Part shown: positions 1 through 9,254 of the stretch, one piece after another
Layout: each line of letters starts with the position of its first letter
Position numbering within the stretch: the first letter of the stretch is position 1
Assembly (NCBI GenBank): GCA_045637825.1
Contig: JAZUAD010000036.1
Span: forward strand, 17,816 to 81,815
Direction of reading: 5' to 3'
DNA from: Candidatus Onthoplasma sp.
GTDB taxonomy: Bacteria; Bacillota; Clostridia; Christensenellales; UBA1242
Length of the DNA stretch: 64,000 nt
Notes under the pieces: model-generated
Told to the model about the DNA's origin: nothing
The model's database searches: none
Seen by the model: the letters and a program-made list of their open reading frames with translations, nothing else
Translations under genes and position numbers: made by a program

Positions 1-1350
<1,350 letters not shown>

Positions 1351-1526
1351 AAATTTTCTCCCTTTTGAAATTTATATATATTTTAACGCCTAAAGTTTAA
1401 GATTAATGTATACAATATTGTCTAAATTTGAAATATTTTTAGGCATTTTCGGCTTTATTATACAATCTAAAAAACAAAAACGAACCAAGGTATGCCAAAA
1501 ATTTTTATTAAACCGCAAAAAAATAC

Positions 1527-1556
1527 TTGACATCATAAATAAAATGCTGATATGAT
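1527..1556 (+). promoter_or_regulatory. Sigma-A type promoter for the lipoprotein gene
   Basis: TTGACA at 1527-1532, 18-nt spacer, TGaTATGAT extended -10 at 1548-1556. Confidence 0.5.
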
Positions 1557-1598
1557 GATTAATATATAACTGATGTTATATTATAAGGAGAGGATTTT

Positions 1599-2477
1599 AT
1601 GAAATTTAAAAAATTATTAACTCTTGGTTTAGTTGGTGTAAGTGCTCTTACTGGTGCATTTATGTTAACTGGCTGTGGAGAAGAGAAAAAACCTGCTGAA
1701 ATTAAACAACTAGAACAAGTTATGGCTCAACATAAAGGTAAAGATGTAACAATTACTATGAATATGACTGCTACATCAAGTGACTTAGATTTGGGTGGTG
1801 CAATGGGTGATTTTAGTATTCCTATGGAAGTAACCATGCAATATGATTTTGACAATAAGATTTCCAAAATGTATATGTCAATGGAAGACGATGACTATAC
1901 AACAATTGAAACAATGTATATGTATGCAAGAAACAACAATACATATATAGATATAGAAACTGTTAGTGGTTCTGGTGAAGATTTATTCACATATACAGAT
2001 ACAAGTTTTGCTAGAGGATTAAGAGCATGGGATTTATCAACTACCAACGAATCAATATTTATGCTTGAAGATGATATTTGGGAAGGTGGAAAAGTAACTC
2101 AAACCATAGATTCTGAGGGAAACACTGTTGTTTCAATTAAAAATGTAATGAAACAATCATTTAAAATGGAAGGCATTAAATATTCTGTGAAAATAACCAT
2201 GGAAACGCTATATACATATAATGAATCTGGTATTATTAAGTTTTCAGCAACCGTAGATACCTATAACAAAGTAGAATTTGATGGTGAAGTTGAAGAATAT
2301 ACCGCTACTTCAGTAGTAGATGCAGTGGTAACTTACGAAGAATTACACTTAGAAGTTCCTGCTAATGTGATTGATAGAGAAGCAGGTGCTACAGAAATCG
2401 ATGTTGACGACCTTTTAGATATGTATGAAAATATGCTTGAAGGTTCTGACGATGGCGACCTTGATGATTGGATGTAA
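1599..2477 (+). CDS. Putative lipoprotein, function unknown
   Basis: Signal peptide with lipobox (FMLTGC), acidic C-terminal tail, AGGAGAGG SD upstream. Confidence 0.8.
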   Translation: MKFKKLLTLGLVGVSALTGAFMLTGCGEEKKPAEIKQLEQVMAQHKGKDVTITMNMTATSSDLDLGGAMGDFSIPMEVTMQYDFDNKISKMYMSMEDDDYTTIETMYMYARNNNTYIDIETVSGSGEDLFTYTDTSFARGLRAWDLSTTNESIFMLEDDIWEGGKVTQTIDSEGNTVVSIKNVMKQSFKMEGIKYSVKITMETLYTYNESGIIKFSATVDTYNKVEFDGEVEEYTATSVVDAVVTYEELHLEVPANVIDREAGATEIDVDDLLDMYENMLEGSDDGDLDDWM

Positions 2478-2569
2478 TAAATATAAAAATTCACAGAGCA
2501 ATCTGTGGATTTTTTATGCGAAATATAACTTTGCAACATAAATTAAAAGTTAGTTAAATATAATAGAAT

Positions 2570-3343
2570 ATGAAAAATAAACAATATCAGGTGTATGAGT
2601 TAAATAGCAAAAAAAGCAAAGGTTTTGGTTTTGCCTTTGTGATTTGTGGCTTGTTATTAGCGGTAAGTGTATGTAATGTATTTAGTTATGTATTTTTTTC
2701 AGGCGGGATTAGTTTGGTGTCAGGCAAAAGTCGTAATCCAAACAATTTTTATGCAGTAGAAGTGGCATCGTTTGAAGATTATGATGAGGCGTATAACTTT
2801 GCTACTGAATTGCAAAGTAAGGGCGGAGCAGGGTACATAACATATAACAAAAAGTATAAGGTGTTAAGTTCAATGTATTTAACTTATGATAATGCTAAGT
2901 CGGTGGCGGATAATATTAAGTCAGAATATCCTAAAGCACAAGTATATGAAATAGTATTGCCAGATATTGAAGTGGATAAAAATTTAACCGACGAGCAACA
3001 AAAAGTTATAACAACTAGTTTTGCAGTAATCAAATCGGCAATAGCAACTATGACAAACATTTATTTAAGTGTGGATAAAGGTGAAATTAAAGATGGCACG
3101 GCCAATACGATGATGTATACCCTGTATGATGATTGTGCGTCACAAGTGGAAAGTGTACGAGTTGCTTTTCATAGTTTGGATACCGCAAAATATTTAAAAC
3201 ATAAAATGTATTTAAGTGATTTTACATCAGGCATTGCTGAAATTACTAACCTTGATTTGAAAGGTATGGAATTATCGCAAGTTATAAAATATCAACAAAT
3301 AAAATGCGCATTTTTGTATATTACGATGGCAAAATTATTTTAA
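2570..3343 (+). CDS. Membrane-anchored SPOR domain protein
   Basis: One N-terminal TM helix followed by FYAVEVASFEDYDEAYNFATELQSKGGAGYI...YKVLSSMYLTYDNAKSVADNIK, which resembles a SPOR peptidoglycan-binding repeat. Confidence 0.65.
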   Translation: MKNKQYQVYELNSKKSKGFGFAFVICGLLLAVSVCNVFSYVFFSGGISLVSGKSRNPNNFYAVEVASFEDYDEAYNFATELQSKGGAGYITYNKKYKVLSSMYLTYDNAKSVADNIKSEYPKAQVYEIVLPDIEVDKNLTDEQQKVITTSFAVIKSAIATMTNIYLSVDKGEIKDGTANTMMYTLYDDCASQVESVRVAFHSLDTAKYLKHKMYLSDFTSGIAEITNLDLKGMELSQVIKYQQIKCAFLYITMAKLF

Positions 3344-3357
3344 AGTTAAAATATTTA

Positions 3358-3385
3358 TTGACAAATTATTTATTTATGATATAAT
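3358..3385 (+). promoter_or_regulatory. Sigma-A type promoter
   Basis: TTGACA at 3358-3363, 16-nt spacer, TGaTATAAT extended -10 ending at 3385. Confidence 0.6.
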
Positions 3386-3418
3386 AACCTTAAATTTAAT
3401 TGATTTGGAGAATATAAT

Positions 3419-3790
3419 ATGATTAATCCAAGAGAGTTTTTATACATAAATACCTTTTTAGATAAAGAAGAAAGGGGAATATGGACTAGTTATTTTTACA
3501 AAGGATATGAGGTTGCAATTAAAAGAAGAGGTAAGTATATTTTAGATTTTCAAGATGAGCAAAAATTAACTACATTTATTGAAAATATTGTAGGAAAAGA
3601 AGATGTAGAATTAGTAATAAATCAAAATAAATTAACAATATACAAAAAAGATAGTAATAAAGTAATATGTATTAAGTGTGCTTCAAAAGTACTTGCTGAT
3701 GAACTAACTAAGAAATTTAGAGAACAATGGGTGCAAAGAAGAAAACACCTTAAGAAAGAAGTTTTTAAAGAAGCTGGATTAAAATTTTAA
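3419..3790 (+). CDS. Hypothetical protein
   Basis: 123-aa ORF with GGAG SD, its own promoter and a terminator. No recognisable motif. Confidence 0.6.
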   Translation: MINPREFLYINTFLDKEERGIWTSYFYKGYEVAIKRRGKYILDFQDEQKLTTFIENIVGKEDVELVINQNKLTIYKKDSNKVICIKCASKVLADELTKKFREQWVQRRKHLKKEVFKEAGLKF

Positions 3791-3816
3791 AAAAGAGTTT
3801 TCAAAACTCTTTTTTT
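3790..3816. terminator. Bidirectional rho-independent terminator
   Basis: AAAGAGTTTT / AAAACTCTTT stem flanked by an A-run and a T-run, between convergent genes. Confidence 0.7.
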
Positions 3817-3820
3817 AATT

Positions 3821-4192
3821 TTATTTATTTTTATAACTTTTTATAAATTCTACTAGTTGCCAAATTCCTATACCTATTAAAAACACTGCAAAGATTTTCT
3901 TTAAAATAGATGCATTTATATGTACTGCTAGTAGGGCACTAAAAATACTTACAACTGCACCTACTATTGCCAGTAGGTAAGTTTCTTTAAACTTTACAAG
4001 TTTATTTTTAAAATGTAGTATTAATGCAATTATTGACATTGGTATAAACGAAATTAAATTTATTCCTTGTGCTTCAAGTTGGCCAAATCCTGCAAGTAAG
4101 GTAAGTATTGGAATTAACAAAGTTCCTCCACCCATACCCATACCACCAATTAAACCGCCAATCAAACCTCCAATAATTTCCCAAATTATCAT
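3821..4192 (-). CDS. TauE/SafE (DUF81) family membrane protein, half-size (C-terminal half equivalent)
   Basis: Four predicted TM helices and a GGMGMGGGTLLIPIL glycine-rich motif typical of each TauE repeat. Lies 9 nt downstream of the other half. Confidence 0.7.
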   Translation of the reverse strand: MIIWEIIGGLIGGLIGGMGMGGGTLLIPILTLLAGFGQLEAQGINLISFIPMSIIALILHFKNKLVKFKETYLLAIVGAVVSIFSALLAVHINASILKKIFAVFLIGIGIWQLVEFIKSYKNK

Positions 4193-4201
4193 AAAATCTC
4201 C

Positions 4202-4564
4202 TTATTTAAACAACATCATTACTCCACTAACTAAAATTAATCCAATAAAAATCATACGTATAACTTTATTATCAAGTTTATTTAACAACAAGGCACCACC
4301 AACGCCACCTATAATTATTGATAATATTGCTGGCCAACTATTGCCAAAATTAATAGAGTTATGAGTTATATAAATTATTGAACTGGCAATACTTATAGGA
4401 AGAATAACAAAAAGGGCTGTTGCTTGTGCTTGTTTTTGATTAAATCCAAAAAATTTGGTTAAAACGGGCACAACAATCATACCGCCACCACCGCCTAACA
4501 GACCATTTATAACGCCAATTAATGCTCCAAATAGTAAAATATGCAATTTTTTTATATTTTTCAT
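4202..4564 (-). CDS. TauE/SafE (DUF81) family membrane protein, half-size (N-terminal half equivalent)
   Basis: LLGGGGGMIVVPVL motif and four TM helices. Confidence 0.7.
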   Translation of the reverse strand: MKNIKKLHILLFGALIGVINGLLGGGGGMIVVPVLTKFFGFNQKQAQATALFVILPISIASSIIYITHNSINFGNSWPAILSIIIGGVGGALLLNKLDNKVIRMIFIGLILVSGVMMLFK

Positions 4565-4735
4565 AAAGTTATTCTATACTTTTTGTGCAAAAATATTTGC
4601 CAAAATCAAATATTTGTATTATAATAGGGTTGTTAAAGTTTAGGAAGTGTGCTACAATAGGTTTAATGTTTAAAAAGTTGGACTTGTACTATCCAAAACA
4701 TCAAATTACAATAATATTACAGCAAGAGGTTTTAA

Positions 4736-7700
4736 ATGAAATTATTTATTAAGTTACGTAACAAGTATTTAACAGGTTTATTGTCACTAGTTTTGCTAGT
4801 TATGGCAAGTATTGGATTGTTTAATTTTAGTAAAAATCCACAAACTGTTGACGCAAGCAGTATTAAACTTGAAAATGAAAGTAATATTACAATTACTAAT
4901 GGTTCGTTTAGTAATTATTCATCATCTTCAGGTTCTATTAATCAAATTAAGGATTTTACCACATCAGGTAATAGTACCCTTGATATGAAAACAGGCGTTA
5001 TAGATGTTAGTGCATCTTCATTTGCTAAAAATTATGAAAAATATGGTTTAGATGAATATAAAAATCCTGGCAAACAAGGAAGCGATAATTATATTCTTAT
5101 GATTAATTCAAAAGCAACTACTAATTATACTTATACATCTAGTGAATTTACTCTTCCAGCTAACGGACATTACTATATTTCAGTATCAGCAATGACTTTG
5201 GGTGATAATTCTGTTGCATCAGTATTTTTAACTCAAAATGATGTTGTGTTTGAAAATTGTATCATCGAAAATATAACAACTAGTAGTTGGGCAAACTATA
5301 CTTTCTTTGTTTCTACCAATGCTTATGAAAGTGTTACTTTAAAATTTAATATGCAACTAGGAAATTTAGCGGGTGGGGCAAGTGGTTGTGTATTCTTTGA
5401 CGAATTGCACGCAGGTCAAATTTCTAGTGAAGTTTTTGCTGATGCTGTAACAAATTATGCTACAGGCAGTTATAAAATAGCTGAATTACGTTCACCTAAT
5501 TTATACAAGGGATATAACTTTGATGACGAAGTTTATACTTTAGACAAAGATGGTAACGTTAATGTGGCTGATGAAACTTATTTTACTGAAAGCGTTTGCG
5601 GAATTGGCGCAAATTATATTGACAATAATAATAATCAATTAAATATTACAACTGATAAAAGTTATGTAACTTTTAAAGGCAAAGAAGAGGTTTTACAAGC
5701 TAACAGCACTTACAGATTTTCAATATTTGCAAAAGCTAGCGACCTTAGTTCAGGTTCTGCTTTTGTGCAACTAGATGAAATATTGGAAGAAGATGAAAAA
5801 TATGACGACTTTATGGGCGATGAAAGTGAGGAAATTACTGCGAAATCTTCTAAATTAACAATATCTGGTGTAACCTCAAATTCTATAACAAATGGCTATC
5901 AAGAGTATGTAATATATGTTCGTACAGGAGCTTTAAGTAGTAGCAAAGTTCAATTTAGTTTTGGACTAGGTTCTGAGGGTAATAATGCTACTGGAAATAT
6001 TTCGTTTAAGTCATATTTAGTTGAAAGAGTTCCTTATAGTGCATATAGCGGAGCAACTACTGGTTCAACTCTTGAAAAAATGGACATTGCATCACGTTTA
6101 ACCTTAAGTTCTAACGAATTTTCTAACTATAGTTTTGATAATATGGAATCTGAAAGTTTTGATGGAGTTCCTTATCCAGCAAAACCATCTAGTTGGACAA
6201 AATCTAACGATGGTGTAGGTTATCAATTATCGGGTGTTGTAAACTTGAGCGAATTTGATAAAGTTATGAATAAATATTCTAACGAAATTGAAACAACCGC
6301 AACTCCTAAGGCATTTGAAGGTACTTTAAATAACAATGTTTTGATGCTATATAACGGAACTGCATCTACTCAAAGTTATACATCTTCTAGTAAGACTTTG
6401 ACTGCAAATAAGTATTATAAAATCACAGTATTTGTAAACACTCATACATTAAGTGATAATGGCGTTACTATTTTAGCAAAGAGTGGCGACAATGTTTTAG
6501 GTAAAGTTACAGGGATTAATACAGGTGCTGAATGGCAAAAGGTTGAAATGTACATTGATGCACCAGTTTGTGATATTGATTTAAGTTTAGAATTGGCTTT
6601 AGGTTATGAAGATTTAACCGCTAGTGGATATGCTTTCTTTGATAACATCTTGTTTGAGGAAAGTGAAACAGCTAGTGATTTTGGCAATTTATTTAATGAA
6701 TATGATGTTGCTGAAAATGGAACTCTTGAACTAGATTTAACTAATACAATGTTAACTTCTACTAAGGGTGGAAAATATGAAACTCCTGTATTATATAAAG
6801 GTCAACACAAAAGTGGTGACACTAAAGTAAAAGCCGGTGTGGTTGATTTAACTGGTGATTTAAAGATAATTGCTCAAGCACAAAGGGAAGCCTTAAGACA
6901 ATTAAGTGGCTCTGATAAAGTTTTGGCAATTGTTAGTGAAACAAATAAAGATGCACGTTATGAATATACAAGCGTGTTAAATTATACATTTAATAGTGAA
7001 ACTTATTATAAATTCTCATTTGAACTATTTACCTATGACTTTGGCCAAGAAGATAAGGATGAAAAGTACGACAATAAAGTGCTTGCCGAAGGTGTAAATA
7101 TTTCATTAACTAACTTGGAAAATGCAACTTTTAAATATGTTCAATCTAATGGTAAATGGACTACTTATGAAATTTATATTGGCGTAAAAGAAACTGCTAC
7201 ATCAAACTTTGTATTTAGTTTGGGTAGCGAATTTACAGGTTGCTACGGTAAGGCATTTGTAGGCAACATTAGTTTGGAAGAAACTGATGAAGCAACCTTT
7301 AAGGAAGCTATGAATAGTGATACAATTTTAAAAGTAGATACTGTTAAAAAAGACGAAGATAAAAATACTTCATCTTCAAAAAGTGATAATGGATTTAGTT
7401 GGGTATATATACCAACAATTGCAACCTTTTTAGCAATTATAGTGGCTGTAGTAGGCGTGTTTGTAAAACGTAATATCAAGTTTAAAAAGTTCTCAAGAAC
7501 TAAGAAAGCTGAATATGATAGAGATATTACAGTTATGCAAAACAAATATCGCCGTGTTGCTAGCGATACACGTGATAAGGAAGTTCGTGAATTGACAAAA
7601 GAATGTAACGAATTAATAAATCTAAGAACAGAGTACGAAGATAAATATAAAGATGCATTATCTCGTTTACGTAGTGCAAGACTTGCTAATCGTGATGGCT

Positions 7701-8395
7701 CTAAACGTAATGAAATAATGGCAATAGAAAAAGAAGTTAAACATATATCTAAGGAAGTTGCTCGTTTTGGTGTACAAATAAACAATTACGAAAATGAAAT
7801 TGAATTTATGAAAACTGAGGCATATTTGATTGACCTTGAAAAAGATTTGATGCGTGAAGATAATTATTCACGTAATGTGCGTAGAAAGGAAGATGCAATG
7901 AGTGAGGAAGAACGTGCGCAAGCAATTGCTAAACGTGAAGCAAAACAAGAGCGTCTTGAACAAAAGGCACAAGACAAGGCCGACAAATTAGCGCTTAAAC
8001 AAGAAAAGTTGCAACAACAACGTGAACAAGTTCAATTAGCATTACAACAAGCAAAAGAATTAGATGAAAAGTATGTTAAGGAACAAGAATTAAAACAAAT
8101 TAAACTTGAGGAATTAAAACTTGCTAAGGAAAAAGCCAAGGCAGAACATGAAATTGCCAAGTTGGAGCAACAAAAAGCAAAACAAAAAGCAGAAGAAGTT
8201 GTAGTTGAACAAGCTACAAGCGAAGTGGAAAAAGTTGAAGAAACTGCTAAAATAAGTGAAGTTGTGGAAGAAATTCAAGTGGTGGAAGACACAGAAAAGG
8301 TAGAAGGCGAAACTGAAGAAAAGGAAACTCAATCAGGAGAAACTGTAGAACCTATTACTGAAACTAACCCTACTGACAATTCAAGCGAAGAATAA
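4736..8395 (+). CDS. Large bitopic surface protein: signal/anchor, four CBM4/9-like beta-sandwich modules, a TM helix, and a ~320-aa K/E/Q-rich cytoplasmic coiled coil with an acidic tail
   Basis: N-terminal hydrophobic segment. Four repeated modules each end in a FFD-type strand (CVFFDELHAG, GNISFKSYLVERV, YAFFDNILFEES, AFVGNISLEETD). TM segment FSWVYIPTIATFLAIIVAVVGVFV at about nt 7391-7464. Long heptad-like C-terminus. Confidence 0.8.
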   Translation: MKLFIKLRNKYLTGLLSLVLLVMASIGLFNFSKNPQTVDASSIKLENESNITITNGSFSNYSSSSGSINQIKDFTTSGNSTLDMKTGVIDVSASSFAKNYEKYGLDEYKNPGKQGSDNYILMINSKATTNYTYTSSEFTLPANGHYYISVSAMTLGDNSVASVFLTQNDVVFENCIIENITTSSWANYTFFVSTNAYESVTLKFNMQLGNLAGGASGCVFFDELHAGQISSEVFADAVTNYATGSYKIAELRSPNLYKGYNFDDEVYTLDKDGNVNVADETYFTESVCGIGANYIDNNNNQLNITTDKSYVTFKGKEEVLQANSTYRFSIFAKASDLSSGSAFVQLDEILEEDEKYDDFMGDESEEITAKSSKLTISGVTSNSITNGYQEYVIYVRTGALSSSKVQFSFGLGSEGNNATGNISFKSYLVERVPYSAYSGATTGSTLEKMDIASRLTLSSNEFSNYSFDNMESESFDGVPYPAKPSSWTKSNDGVGYQLSGVVNLSEFDKVMNKYSNEIETTATPKAFEGTLNNNVLMLYNGTASTQSYTSSSKTLTANKYYKITVFVNTHTLSDNGVTILAKSGDNVLGKVTGINTGAEWQKVEMYIDAPVCDIDLSLELALGYEDLTASGYAFFDNILFEESETASDFGNLFNEYDVAENGTLELDLTNTMLTSTKGGKYETPVLYKGQHKSGDTKVKAGVVDLTGDLKIIAQAQREALRQLSGSDKVLAIVSETNKDARYEYTSVLNYTFNSETYYKFSFELFTYDFGQEDKDEKYDNKVLAEGVNISLTNLENATFKYVQSNGKWTTYEIYIGVKETATSNFVFSLGSEFTGCYGKAFVGNISLEETDEATFKEAMNSDTILKVDTVKKDEDKNTSSSKSDNGFSWVYIPTIATFLAIIVAVVGVFVKRNIKFKKFSRTKKAEYDRDITVMQNKYRRVASDTRDKEVRELTKECNELINLRTEYEDKYKDALSRLRSARLANRDGSKRNEIMAIEKEVKHISKEVARFGVQINNYENEIEFMKTEAYLIDLEKDLMREDNYSRNVRRKEDAMSEEERAQAIAKREAKQERLEQKAQDKADKLALKQEKLQQQREQVQLALQQAKELDEKYVKEQELKQIKLEELKLAKEKAKAEHEIAKLEQQKAKQKAEEVVVEQATSEVEKVEETAKISEVVEEIQVVEDTEKVEGETEEKETQSGETVEPITETNPTDNSSEE

Positions 8396-8434
8396 AAAAT
8401 CTTTTAAACAATACTTTTGATAAAGGTGAAAGAT

Positions 8435-9109
8435 ATGTATATTATTACAATAGATGGTCCGTCATCTTCGGGCAAGTCAACCATTGCCCGAGTGGTTGCG
8501 GATAAGTTGAATATAGTTCATGTAAATTCAGGAGATGCTTATAGAGCAATAGCATATTTTATGTTAACTAAAGGGATAAGCCCTACAGATAGTAAAAATA
8601 TAGCAAAATTACTTAAAACTACAGAGTTTAAATTTTGTTATAACAACGGAACTCAAACAGTACGTATAAATGGTGAAGATGTTACAGAGCATTTGCATAC
8701 CAATCAAATAAACGCTGTGGTTTCGCAATATGGCAAAATTCCAGAAGTTATTTATACTGCTAGCGATATGGCTAGAGAGTTAAGTAGAAATATGTCTGTG
8801 GTTATGGACGGCAGAAATTTAGGCAGTTTTTGTTTGCCTGATGCAAAATACAAGTTTTATGTAGATTGCGATGTGGTTGAGCGTGCTAATAGGCGTTATA
8901 AGGAAATAAAACAAAAGGGTGACAATGTGGATTTTGATACTATTTATAAGCAAACCATTGAGCGTGACAACCTTGATAAAACTAGAGAAGTAGCACCATT
9001 GGTTGTGCCTAAAAATTCGGTATTGATAGACTCTACCTATTTAACTGCGGAACAAGTTGCTGAGCAAATTATCAATATTGTATTGGATAACGAAAAAGAG
9101 ATTAAATAA
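8435..9109 (+). CDS. cmk: Cytidylate kinase
   Basis: IITIDGPSSSGKSTIARVVADKL P-loop and NSGDAYRA motif. ATG at 8435 with AAAGGTGAAAG SD is preferred over the TTG at 8417 in the ORF track. Confidence 0.9.
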   Translation: MYIITIDGPSSSGKSTIARVVADKLNIVHVNSGDAYRAIAYFMLTKGISPTDSKNIAKLLKTTEFKFCYNNGTQTVRINGEDVTEHLHTNQINAVVSQYGKIPEVIYTASDMARELSRNMSVVMDGRNLGSFCLPDAKYKFYVDCDVVERANRRYKEIKQKGDNVDFDTIYKQTIERDNLDKTREVAPLVVPKNSVLIDSTYLTAEQVAEQIINIVLDNEKEIK

Positions 9110-9194
9110 TCAATAAAAGTCATATAGTTAATATATGGCTTTTTTATTTTTTATATTAATATTATAATATAAATGATAAAATTTTAAAAAACTA

Positions 9195-9222
9195 TTGACA
9201 AATACAAAAAATATGCTAAAAT
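9195..9222 (+). promoter_or_regulatory. Sigma-A type promoter
   Basis: TTGACA at 9195-9200, 16-nt spacer, TGcTAAAAT extended -10. Confidence 0.55.
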
Positions 9223-9254
9223 TATTTATAAAATAAAGGCATTAGGAGGCTGTT

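Noticed and set aside
1351-1470. CIRCE (HrcA operator, TTAGCACTC-N9-GAGTGCTAA) upstream of groES
   Set aside because: It is not present on either strand. Only a 10-bp palindrome, ACAATATTGT (1412-1421), and a TATAAT-like -10 were seen, which is insufficient to call an operator.
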